Assembly: GCA_016932785.1 (NCBI GenBank)
Contig: JAFGCJ010000002.1
Location: forward strand, 401,777-465,776
Direction of reading: 5' to 3'
Source: Candidatus Dojkabacteria bacterium
Lineage (GTDB): Bacteria > Patescibacteriota > Dojkabacteria > SC72 > JAFGCJ01
Length of the DNA stretch: 64,000 nucleotides
In this document: positions 1-8,742 of the stretch, in pieces
Layout of the letters: every line of letters begins with the position of its first letter
Numbering within the stretch: position 1 is the first letter of the stretch
Notes under the pieces: model-generated
The model's input: only the letters and a program-made list of their open reading frames with translations
The model's database searches: none
What the model was told of the DNA's origin: nothing
Program-made: the position numbers and the translations under genes

Positions 1-479
1 CAGGAAATCTCGACCCACAAACATCCTTTGAGATCATCGACATTCTAGAAAATATAAACAGCTGGGGAACAACAATCATGATAGCCACCCATGACAAAGA
101 GATAGTAGACATGATGCAGAAAAGAGTTGTCAGACTAGTGGATGGTGCCATCGAAAGCGACCAGGAAGGATCCTATGATGGAACTCAGAAGACATCTAAA
201 CAAAGAAAAAGGAGTCCTATAAGATCAAACGGAGATAGTCCAAAAGATGAAAGGTTAAAGGAATCTCCTTCCAACAATAAAATTGACACTACTCCACTGT
301 CAGATTTGGATATTTCAAAGAAAATACTAAAAAGACTGAATAAATCATCCATTAACACAATTGGAGACCTGCTTGACCTGAGCGAGTCAGACCTAGATAA
401 TATAAAAGGGATCGATCAAAAAGAAATACAGAATATTACTCAAAAACTGGAAGAGTTTCTTAAAGATGGCAAAAAGTAG
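1..479 (+). CDS. ftsE: Cell-division ABC ATPase FtsE, 5'-truncated by the window edge, with a C-terminal RNAP alpha-CTD-like helix-hairpin-helix extension
   Basis: The same frame upstream of listed ORF 78..479 reads GNLDPQTSFEIIDILENINSWGTTIMIATHDKEIV (D-loop/H-loop of an FtsE-type ABC ATPase). It overlaps ftsX by 14 nt. The tail LSDLDISKKILKRLNKSSINTIGDLLDLSESDLDNIKGIDQKEIQNITQKLEEF resembles RpoA alpha-CTD. Confidence 0.85.
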   Translation, partial: GNLDPQTSFEIIDILENINSWGTTIMIATHDKEIVDMMQKRVVRLVDGAIESDQEGSYDGTQKTSKQRKRSPIRSNGDSPKDERLKESPSNNKIDTTPLSDLDISKKILKRLNKSSINTIGDLLDLSESDLDNIKGIDQKEIQNITQKLEEFLKDGKK

Positions 480-1419
480 CGAACCCAAAACCCAAAATTT
501 CAGAAGAATTCTCACTGCAACGAGAAAGCATATAGTCAGAAATAAATGGCTATCAATAGCATCAATCATCGTAATATCCCTTACCTTCATAATTGCGACC
601 TCGATGATCGGTCTGGTAATTATTTCCAGTCGAACAATCAGCGCCTTCGAGAAAAAGGCTCAAGTTATGATTTTTTTCGAAAATGACTCAGCCGAAGAGG
701 ATATCCTTTCACTTCAGGACGAGCTGGAACAACTGGATATGACTGAGAGTGTTGAATACATATCGAAAGAGGAGGCTCTCGAAATTTACAAAGAGGACTT
801 CGAGGATGATGAAGCCCTGGTCGAATCGGTAACCTCCGATGCCCTACCCCCCAGCCTTGGAATAAGGGCAAAGAATATTGATGAAATTCCAGACATCATC
901 AAATACTGTAACAAGTTGAAGGAGAATTCAGACAACAACATAGAAGAAATTATGTATTTCAAGGACGTTATCGATACACTACGCGGAATATCTCGAGTAA
1001 TAAGGATTGGCGGAGGCATTCTTGTTGCCGCGCTTTCTGCCATTTCGATAGTACTAATCCTTATAACAATAGGCTTTAATATAAATGCCCATAAGAGCGA
1101 GATTGAGGTTATGCAACTGGTAGGATCAACTAACAACTATATCCGCATTCCATTCTTACTAGAAGGAGCCTTCTATGGATTTGTCGGATCAGCAATTTCA
1201 ATTTCTATATTACTTCTCATCTGGTATGGGAGTATCTATTTAATACAAAACAACGAATTGTTCATATTTATTTCGCAGACATTCAAAGAAATTGGAATGT
1301 CATACCTCAAGGAGTTTAACTTTATTTTCATAGGATCGACCATTGTAGCTGAAATCGCTGCCGGGACAATTATTGGTTCTGCTAGCAGCTTAATTGCTAT
1401 ATGGAAATATCTTAAATGA
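466..1419 (+). CDS. ftsX: Cell-division permease-like protein FtsX
   Basis: 317 aa. N-terminal RKHIVRNKWLSIASIIVISLTF TM helix, a large extracytoplasmic loop and three C-terminal TM helices. Translationally coupled to ftsE upstream and the M23 gene downstream. Confidence 0.85.
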   Translation: MAKSSEPKTQNFRRILTATRKHIVRNKWLSIASIIVISLTFIIATSMIGLVIISSRTISAFEKKAQVMIFFENDSAEEDILSLQDELEQLDMTESVEYISKEEALEIYKEDFEDDEALVESVTSDALPPSLGIRAKNIDEIPDIIKYCNKLKENSDNNIEEIMYFKDVIDTLRGISRVIRIGGGILVAALSAISIVLILITIGFNINAHKSEIEVMQLVGSTNNYIRIPFLLEGAFYGFVGSAISISILLLIWYGSIYLIQNNELFIFISQTFKEIGMSYLKEFNFIFIGSTIVAEIAAGTIIGSASSLIAIWKYLK

Positions 1420-2717
1420 AAAAACTAATTCTCAATATCAAAATATTAGTACTAGCAGGAATTTTCATTTTCCTTACTATACCTTTTGCATTCTTACCAC
1501 AGGATATTCATCCTACAGTTGCCGCCTACGACACAACTTGCCCTTCCTATATGACAGATGAAGAGTGTCTTGAATATCTCCAGGAACAGGCCGCCAAGGT
1601 AGCCAATGATAGAAACGGTCTCGAGTCATCTATAGACGCCGAAAATCTTGAGCAGTTATCTCTTGCAGAACAGATACAATATTTAGGCGCAAAAATAGAA
1701 GACACTGAACTTGCAATTACACAAATTGAGATCGACATTGAGAAAAACAACGTTGAAATAAGACTTCTAGGAAACGATATCCTGGACATACAAAACAACA
1801 TAGATACTCTTACACAAGAAATCAATAACCTCAAAACAGTTATCCAAGAAAGAACTCAGGCAAGTTATAAGCTTACATTCATATCCCCTCTGGAAATAAT
1901 ACTCGACTCACAAAATCTGGAAACAATGATGAGAAGAATGAAATACCTAATAGAGGCCAAGAACAAAGACCGCCTCCTGCTATCTGATATGTCTGTTTCC
2001 CAGAAGCAACTACAAGAAGAAGAAAAAATACTCAGTGAAAAGAAAGCCGAGATCGAGGAGAAACGAAATAAGATCGAGGAACAGCGCTCAGAGCTTGCTG
2101 GGACAAGAAAGAACCTAGAGTCTCAGAAAGCTCAGCAACAGATATTACTTTCCGAGTCAGAGAAGAGAGAAAAAGAATACTATCAGGAACTGGAAGACAC
2201 ACGAATTGCTCAAAGTGCTCTTGATGCTGAAATATCGAAGGTTATTGCCAGAATGTGGGAAGACGGCGAGATACCTACTGAAGGATGGGTCAGTAAAGGT
2301 GCACCAATAGGACAAATGGGTAGTACTGGATGTTCAACAGGACCACACCTTCACTTCTCAATAAATAATGGTACTCCCCACTCTACCTACTGGTATTTCT
2401 GGGGAAACATAAACCCATGGTCAGGTTATCTAAATAAAGGTCCAGAATGGTGGCCCCCCTGGTGGACGGGCGGTTGGAAATACTACTATATAACAAGCGG
2501 CTCCATGCAGGTACCTCTTGCCGGAACAGTAATATTAACTCAGGATTTCCACCAAGGAATGTCAGTTGATATGGTTAGTCTTAACGGTGAAGGCGCAATT
2601 GTTTATGCTGCCATGGAAGGAACGCTATCTAGGGGAGTGGAAGGTATATGTGGAGGTAAATTCGCAATAATAGAACACCCTAATGGATGGGTTACGGGAT
2701 ACCTACACCTCAAATAA
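1416..2717 (+). CDS. Membrane-anchored coiled-coil M23 (LytM-type) peptidoglycan metallopeptidase, EnvC/PcsB-like FtsEX partner
   Basis: ATGA overlap with the ftsX stop. N-terminal TM segment, about 250 aa of heptad-rich coiled coil, then GSTGCSTGPHLHFS (HxH motif) and FHQGMSVDM...IIEHPNGWVTGYLHLK (the N-terminal half of an M23 domain placed last). Confidence 0.8.
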   Translation: MKKLILNIKILVLAGIFIFLTIPFAFLPQDIHPTVAAYDTTCPSYMTDEECLEYLQEQAAKVANDRNGLESSIDAENLEQLSLAEQIQYLGAKIEDTELAITQIEIDIEKNNVEIRLLGNDILDIQNNIDTLTQEINNLKTVIQERTQASYKLTFISPLEIILDSQNLETMMRRMKYLIEAKNKDRLLLSDMSVSQKQLQEEEKILSEKKAEIEEKRNKIEEQRSELAGTRKNLESQKAQQQILLSESEKREKEYYQELEDTRIAQSALDAEISKVIARMWEDGEIPTEGWVSKGAPIGQMGSTGCSTGPHLHFSINNGTPHSTYWYFWGNINPWSGYLNKGPEWWPPWWTGGWKYYYITSGSMQVPLAGTVILTQDFHQGMSVDMVSLNGEGAIVYAAMEGTLSRGVEGICGGKFAIIEHPNGWVTGYLHLK

Positions 2718-2771
2718 TTTCCTTCGAAGTTTTTAATTTTCTCTTAATAAGAGTCCTATATCATTGAATAT

Positions 2772-4331
2772 ATGACTCCCAAGCTATTACTGTTTATATT
2801 AACTCTGGCACTTCTATCCATTGCTGTATCACAATTTCCCTATCAAAAGTCATATGCAAACTCTGAGTCCATACTCATAAACGAAGTCTTCTACGATCCG
2901 ATAGGTTCTGACTCAGGCAAAGAATGGCTCGAGCTTAAGAATATCTCTAACAACACAATCGATTTAAACGGATGGTCTATCGAGAAAGCAGGCTCCAGCT
3001 TCTCAGAAATTGCCATTTTACCTTCGTACCAAATAGAACCAGGAGAAATAGCCCTAATTGGAGAGCCATATGTAGAATATGCAGATATTGCAGTAGCAAG
3101 TCTTTCATTTCAGAATGGAGGAGCAGAGACAGACGGAATCAGAATTCTCGATCAGGATGGAATTGTTGTTGATACCTTGCTCTATGACGAGCCCAACACA
3201 AATAACCTTCCATCCGACCTTGGAGAGCCAGTACCGGGATTTGCCAAAGATGTAAATAGTGGGAGCAGTCTCTCCAGAATCAACAGCATAGACTCTGATA
3301 TATGCAGCGATGATTTTATTGAGACAGAGTCTCCTACTCCAGGTGAAGAGAATCTGATTCCTCCAACTGTCCAATTCGAGCCCCCAGAAGAAGTCTATAT
3401 CGGGAAAGAGATCGTTATATCCGGGTCAGAGTCCTATGATCCAGACGGCTCAATAAAAAAGTGGAATTGGACAATACTCGACCCTACAGAAGTCCAAAGT
3501 TACTACTCTGAACCAGAAATTCTGTTCAGCCCAACCATAGATGGAGAATATATCATCACGCTAACAATTACAGACAATGACGACCTTTCCAGTTCAATTG
3601 AGAAATCAATAGCAGCCGTTGAAGACCCAGAGAATCCAATAACAACAGCAATCTCAGATGTAAAAACATTAGAGGTTGGAATAAAAATTTCCGTCATGGG
3701 AACAGTAACAGTCCCAACAGGGGTAGTATCCGACACAGATTTCTATATACAAGACCAGACGGGGGGAATCCGAATAAGATCCCAGACCCAGGATGCAAAG
3801 CTTGGAGAAACCTACTACGTCAAAGGAACTCTCAAAACCTACTATGGAGAGAAATACATACTATCAGAGACTATCACCAATACCGAAAGCACATATAAAA
3901 TAACCCCCAAAATAGTGCCACCAGACAAAATAACAGAAAACTATATAGGTCTGCTAATAACAACCGAAGCTGAGATCGAAAAAATTGACAAGGAATATAT
4001 CTCTATAAAAGTCGGAGATCAGATACTGAAAACAAAGATTTACATTTCAAATAAAAGCGACATTGAAATTCCCGAAGACCAGGACAAGAAGTACATAACA
4101 GTGACAGGAATAGTATCCAGGTACGGAACCAATAGTGACGGGTCTCCAAGATTAAGACTAATACCTAGATTTCAAAATGACATTGCATTCAGCAACAACC
4201 CTACTCTCTTGGCAAGAACCGGTACAGGCATATACAGAATATATCTTTATGCAATATTTTTTTACACGATATATCTGATATCGTACCCGACCTTTCTCAA
4301 GGTCTGCACTACTTCACAAAGAAGCAAATAA
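2772..4331 (+). CDS. Secreted surface protein with lamin-tail domain, PKD domain, OB-fold-like modules and an LAxTG-type C-terminal anchor
   Basis: Signal peptide MTPKLLLFILTLALLSIAV. LTD motif ILINEVFYDPIGSDSGKEWLELKN...LNGWSI. PKD-like SGSESYDPDGSIKKWNW. OB-like TVTVPTGVVSDTDFYIQDQTGGIRI...YYVKGTLKTYYGE. C-terminus LLARTG followed by a hydrophobic stretch and a basic tail QRSK. Confidence 0.7.
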   Translation: MTPKLLLFILTLALLSIAVSQFPYQKSYANSESILINEVFYDPIGSDSGKEWLELKNISNNTIDLNGWSIEKAGSSFSEIAILPSYQIEPGEIALIGEPYVEYADIAVASLSFQNGGAETDGIRILDQDGIVVDTLLYDEPNTNNLPSDLGEPVPGFAKDVNSGSSLSRINSIDSDICSDDFIETESPTPGEENLIPPTVQFEPPEEVYIGKEIVISGSESYDPDGSIKKWNWTILDPTEVQSYYSEPEILFSPTIDGEYIITLTITDNDDLSSSIEKSIAAVEDPENPITTAISDVKTLEVGIKISVMGTVTVPTGVVSDTDFYIQDQTGGIRIRSQTQDAKLGETYYVKGTLKTYYGEKYILSETITNTESTYKITPKIVPPDKITENYIGLLITTEAEIEKIDKEYISIKVGDQILKTKIYISNKSDIEIPEDQDKKYITVTGIVSRYGTNSDGSPRLRLIPRFQNDIAFSNNPTLLARTGTGIYRIYLYAIFFYTIYLISYPTFLKVCTTSQRSK

Positions 4332-4439
4332 GTTCACAATACTCAACACATAACCAGCATTCCGGGATTTTACTAGACACGACAAATGCATTCTGATACA
4401 CTCACTGAAGCACACATTAATTCTTTAAATAAACATAAA

Positions 4440-5261
4440 ATGGCAGCAAAAAAGAGAACATCCAGAAGGAAACCACAACCCAAAAAACAAATAAAAACGC
4501 AGAATAAAACCCAAGGCCCACGAAAGGCTTCAAAAAATATTCTTCAAGCTTTTGTGGAATTCTTTAATGAAAGAAGATTCTTAAGAAATACTATTATTTG
4601 GATATTAATATTCTTCGCCTCGTTAACAATAGTCGACTTTGGAGTTCAGTATCTAAACTACCACGCAAGTGCCGCTGTTGTAAACGGAAAGAGAATCTCC
4701 ATGTCCAGATTTTATGACAAGCTTCAGGAGACGTACGGAAACACCGTAATTGCACAACTCATTGATGAGGAACTTATACACCAAGAAGGAAAAGCGCAGG
4801 ATGTAAAGATTGATGAAGAAGAGATAGATAAAGAGATCGAGACCCTGGAATCAAGTTATGGAGGAAAGGAAAACCTTGACTCCGAATTGGAGGATAGAAA
4901 TTTAACAAGAGATGAGTTGAGAAGACAGATAGAGACAACTCTTATTGCTCAAGAAATTCTTGGAAAGGAAATCTCGATAACAGAGAGTGAAAAGAAGGAT
5001 TTCTACGACGAGTACAAAGACTTAATAGTTGAGGGAAATGACGATCCGACATATGAAGAGGCCGAGGACAGAATAGTCGAGATCCTTACTGAACAAAAGA
5101 TAAGCGAAAAGGTACAACCATGGCTCGAAGAACTAAGAAGCGATGCAAAGATTCATAATAACATAGAAAGCCCCAAGAAGTACCAGTTCTTAAGAATCAC
5201 AAAATCTCTAGTAAACGACCTGATTGAGAAGATTCTTCCCGAGGAAAAGAAAGACAATTAG
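4440..5261 (+). CDS. Membrane-anchored SurA-N/PpiC-chaperone-like protein with no obvious PPIase domain
   Basis: Basic N-terminus, TM helix IIWILIFFASLTIV, then VVNGKRISMSRFYDKLQETYGNTVIAQLIDEELIHQEG, typical of SurA N-terminal-like domains. I prefer the ATG at 4440 to the listed 4386 start. Confidence 0.45.
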   Translation: MAAKKRTSRRKPQPKKQIKTQNKTQGPRKASKNILQAFVEFFNERRFLRNTIIWILIFFASLTIVDFGVQYLNYHASAAVVNGKRISMSRFYDKLQETYGNTVIAQLIDEELIHQEGKAQDVKIDEEEIDKEIETLESSYGGKENLDSELEDRNLTRDELRRQIETTLIAQEILGKEISITESEKKDFYDEYKDLIVEGNDDPTYEEAEDRIVEILTEQKISEKVQPWLEELRSDAKIHNNIESPKKYQFLRITKSLVNDLIEKILPEEKKDN

Positions 5262-5286
5262 AGACCTGTTAAAAGAGAATCGTCAA

Positions 5287-5874
5287 CTACTCGCAAGGTT
5301 CTACAACTCCATATCCACCATGTCTTCTTCGGTATACCATTGAATACTTACCTGTATTTGCATTCTTGAATAGATAACTGTCATAATCTAACATCTCCAT
5401 TCTCTCAATAGCCTCAGCCTCAGTCACAGGGGTACAGTCTTCAAGTTTTTTCCTGCGTACAATCTTAGGAACATAAGCGGCAACATACCTATCCTCTTCG
5501 ATATCAGTATCTGGCTCCAAGTCCTCAGTCATCTCCACGGCCTTCCAGGATTCACTGCCTTCCCATTTCCGCTTTGTTTCCTTATATTTTTTTACCTTTC
5601 TAACAAGAATATCTGTCACCTCATCAACCAATGCATATAACTCTGGTCCGGATTTTTCTACTCTGGCAATAACATTAGGAAGGTGCATCATGATTTCTAC
5701 ACTGAAATCCCTGTCTACACCTCTTGCAGTGACATTGTCAGAACACTCAACTGAAATTGATGTTGCAATATCAAAAATCTTTTCATATTTTGATATTTTA
5801 TCTTCAACATAATCCTTAATAGCGTCAGTAATTTCCATACCATGACCTGACACCTTAATTTCTGGTAGTGCCAT
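5287..5874 (-). CDS. hpf: Ribosome hibernation promoting factor, long form
   Basis: N-terminus VSGHGMEITDAIKDYVEDKISKYEKIF (RaiA/HPF fold). C-terminal dimerisation domain PVTEAEAIERMEMLDYDSYLFKNANTGKYSMVYRRRHGGYGVVEP. Confidence 0.85.
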   Translation of the reverse strand: MALPEIKVSGHGMEITDAIKDYVEDKISKYEKIFDIATSISVECSDNVTARGVDRDFSVEIMMHLPNVIARVEKSGPELYALVDEVTDILVRKVKKYKETKRKWEGSESWKAVEMTEDLEPDTDIEEDRYVAAYVPKIVRRKKLEDCTPVTEAEAIERMEMLDYDSYLFKNANTGKYSMVYRRRHGGYGVVEPCE

Positions 5875-5897
5875 TAAAATTCTAATAACAAATAAAT

Positions 5898-6182
5898 CTA
5901 GACTTTATAGACTTGATAACCTTCCTTAACCTCACCTTCAACCTTCATTCCAAATTCTTCACCTGGTTGCACCTCTTCAACACTCTGATTGCTGACCTGC
6001 ATTGACTCAATCTGCTGTTCTAAAACAACATTGCCCTCTTTGTCATATACCTTTATGGTATCCCCGACTTTGATAACAGCTGTAGGATTTACCGCTGCTA
6101 CAGAAATCTTGTCGAAGAAGTGGGTCACCTCACCCACCTTTGTTCCTTCGTACTGAACATCATCAGACATTCCTGCGGACAT
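5898..6182 (-). CDS. Small beta-barrel protein (EF-Tu domain-2 / U32 C-terminal-like)
   Basis: VGEVTHFFDKISVAAVNPTAVIKVGDTIKV...GEEFGMKVEGEVKEGYQVYKV resembles translation-factor domain II-like barrels. The listed N-terminal 20 aa look spurious. The start is uncertain (6182 or 6170). Confidence 0.35.
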   Translation of the reverse strand: MSAGMSDDVQYEGTKVGEVTHFFDKISVAAVNPTAVIKVGDTIKVYDKEGNVVLEQQIESMQVSNQSVEEVQPGEEFGMKVEGEVKEGYQVYKV

Positions 6183-6250
6183 AAGGATAGAATAATAATT
6201 TATTGCTATAACAATGTTAGCACTATTAATAGCCCAAAGCAATTTTGGCT

Positions 6251-7042
6251 CTATATCCCGACTCCTTCATACCTCCTTACAGTTCTATAAAACACTGTCC
6301 TGCTAACAACATAAAGAATTACTGCTATAACAAAAGAAATAATAACATACCACCAATTTTCGACAAGACCAACCACAAGACTTGCAGGAAGCACGGTCAT
6401 CAGTCCAACAGGAATAATAAATGTCAAAACAAACTTCCATATTCCTTTAAAAATTCCTGAGGGATACTTACTTAGCTCTATAACCTCCCATACTAACGGA
6501 TTAACTGCACTGATATCTGTATAAAAGAATGCTAAAGAAGTAACAAGGATTACCATAGAATATAGAATCAGAAGACCACACAAAAATGTGAAAATATACA
6601 GCAATACGGCTGCTACAGATATTTTTATATCATAATTTATTATTGTTACTATGATAATAATAAGCCCAAGCGGAAGGCTGTATACATCGTCAAAGTCCAT
6701 CCATCTAAATGAAGACTGGAATAAAAGATCCAATGGCTTGTGCATGCAGTTTTGAAGCTTGCCATTCTTCACGAAATCAGAAAACCCGTAAATCATAGGT
6801 AAAAAAGTTAAACCTGCAATTGAGAAAAATATCGAGTATGTCCCATACAAAATAAGTAAATCCTGAAGTTCCCAACCAGTGATATTGTCCGCAATCCCCA
6901 AAAAAAACTTGTAAAACACAAGAACAGCCAGGAAATAAACCACATTAACAAAAGCCCACACGTAAAAATTCACTCTATATTCCAGAGCATTTCCCAAAGA
7001 CATTTTAAGAGTTTTAAAATAGATCAAAAAATACTTCCTCAT
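6251..7042 (-). CDS. ABC-2 type transporter permease (COG3694-like)
   Basis: 263 aa, six predicted TM helices. N-terminus KMSLGNALEYRVNFYVWAFVNVVYF is typical of this permease family. 4-nt overlap with the upstream paralogous permease. Confidence 0.65.
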   Translation of the reverse strand: MRKYFLIYFKTLKMSLGNALEYRVNFYVWAFVNVVYFLAVLVFYKFFLGIADNITGWELQDLLILYGTYSIFFSIAGLTFLPMIYGFSDFVKNGKLQNCMHKPLDLLFQSSFRWMDFDDVYSLPLGLIIIIVTIINYDIKISVAAVLLYIFTFLCGLLILYSMVILVTSLAFFYTDISAVNPLVWEVIELSKYPSGIFKGIWKFVLTFIIPVGLMTVLPASLVVGLVENWWYVIISFVIAVILYVVSRTVFYRTVRRYEGVGI

Positions 7043-7815
7043 ATACCAACAGCTTCAAGTTTCTTGAGCCCTCTCTTATAAATTAACCTCGAAAGCACAG
7101 ATAGAACTGAAACCCAAAATATTTGGATTAAAAGCAGAAATAGCAGATCAGACGACTTCCCCATTACCATCATTATAGGAGTGTTGAATACAGCCTGAAA
7201 AGGAAGATACATTAACACTTTAGCCAACAAACCGCCATAAAGAGATATCGGCACGACAAGACCAGAGAAAAAATACCTAAATATCATGTACATATTATAG
7301 AATCCATACGACAACTTGATCCAAAATGCTAATACCCCGACAATGTATCCCACAGTAAACTCAATAACATGAGCAAGGATCATACTAAAAACGAAAAGTA
7401 GAATTCTGAAACCGAAAACTCCAAACTGGATTCTATACATGACAATTGCAGCAGCTATAGCAAAAAGGAATCTAAGCAAATTGAACCCCACTGATTGAGC
7501 ATGATATCGTCCAAAATGAGATATTGGTTTCATTACGAAATTTACAATATCTCCCTCCCTAATATTCGTGGCAATTTCCCAATGTTGATTGACAAGAATC
7601 AGCTGCGTAATAAAAGCCCAAATAAAATACGGAACTATAGTCTCATTTGTAAAAAGAGAGCCGCTAGAAGAATCAAGATCTACCAATCTCCAGATATTCA
7701 AGCTAACAAACAAAGAAAAAAATGGAGTAAAAAAATGGACCCAAAAATTGAATCGGTATTCCGACATTGTTCTAAAACCCAAATGTAATATTTTTAGATA
7801 AACTTTTCGACTCAT
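7039..7815 (-). CDS. ABC-2 type transporter permease (COG4587-like)
   Basis: 258 aa polytopic membrane protein. N-terminus FRTMSEYRFNFWVHFF. Coupled to the downstream permease. Confidence 0.65.
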   Translation of the reverse strand: MSRKVYLKILHLGFRTMSEYRFNFWVHFFTPFFSLFVSLNIWRLVDLDSSSGSLFTNETIVPYFIWAFITQLILVNQHWEIATNIREGDIVNFVMKPISHFGRYHAQSVGFNLLRFLFAIAAAIVMYRIQFGVFGFRILLFVFSMILAHVIEFTVGYIVGVLAFWIKLSYGFYNMYMIFRYFFSGLVVPISLYGGLLAKVLMYLPFQAVFNTPIMMVMGKSSDLLFLLLIQIFWVSVLSVLSRLIYKRGLKKLEAVGI

Positions 7816-7894
7816 ATCAAAAACACTATTATTACGGGGAAATTATAGCATAAATATGATAAAACGATAAAATAGCGCGATTATTACCCAAAAA

Positions 7895-8716
7895 CTACAT
7901 CTTCTGACACTTTTCACAGACAAAGGTATCACGCCCATTAACCTTCATGCACGATATCATGTACCCACAATTCGGACATTTCTGTCCGGATTTTCTATAA
8001 ACCTTCATAAAATCTCTTTCTTGCTCAGAAATATCAACACCACCAGAAAGATCTTCAACAATTTCTATGGAACTCTTTATTACTTTCACTATTGAATCAT
8101 GCAGCTTACCAGCTCTTCCACTTTCAAGAATCGACTTAGCTTTAGCTTTCGGGTGTATTTTGGCATCAAAAAGAGACTCATCCGCATAGGCATTCCCAAT
8201 TCCCGCAATTTCCTTTTGGTCCATGAGAATACTTTTAATACCGGACCGAGATTTTTGTGACATAATTTCTTCGAACTTTTTCAAAGTAAAATCCTCGGAT
8301 AATGGATCCAAGCCATAATCAGCATTCAAGAGCTTCGAGACAATGTTTTTTTCCTTTTGATCAAGTTCTATCTTCATCCAGGCGCTCCAGTCCTTAACCT
8401 GTACGGTGTCCCCAGTCTCAAATTGCATCTCTGCAACAACGTTTTTATCTTTTTTCTTAACGTCTTTCCAGCAAAAATTTCCATGAAGCATGAGGTGAAT
8501 GACAAGCTTTGCTCCATTTGAAAATTCAAAGGAAAGAATCTTGGATACACGAGAAATACCATACAGTTTTTCTCCTTCCAATGAATCCTTTATATCAATC
8601 TTCTCTGCATTTTGAAGCACTTTTTCAACCCTGACATCGAATGTCTCAAGCTTTTTTGACTTAAGTTTACGAAGCATATTCATTTTCATTACCTCAAGAT
8701 CAACGATCTCTGGCAT
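7895..8716 (-). CDS. Formamidopyrimidine-DNA glycosylase / endonuclease VIII family (Fpg/Nei)
   Basis: N-terminal MPE (catalytic Pro2/Glu3). H2TH motif GIGNAYADESLFDAKIHP. C-terminal zinc finger CPNCG...CEKCQ. Confidence 0.8.
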   Translation of the reverse strand: MPEIVDLEVMKMNMLRKLKSKKLETFDVRVEKVLQNAEKIDIKDSLEGEKLYGISRVSKILSFEFSNGAKLVIHLMLHGNFCWKDVKKKDKNVVAEMQFETGDTVQVKDWSAWMKIELDQKEKNIVSKLLNADYGLDPLSEDFTLKKFEEIMSQKSRSGIKSILMDQKEIAGIGNAYADESLFDAKIHPKAKAKSILESGRAGKLHDSIVKVIKSSIEIVEDLSGGVDISEQERDFMKVYRKSGQKCPNCGYMISCMKVNGRDTFVCEKCQKM

Positions 8717-8742
8717 AAGTACAAAAATGACAATTTAAAAGC

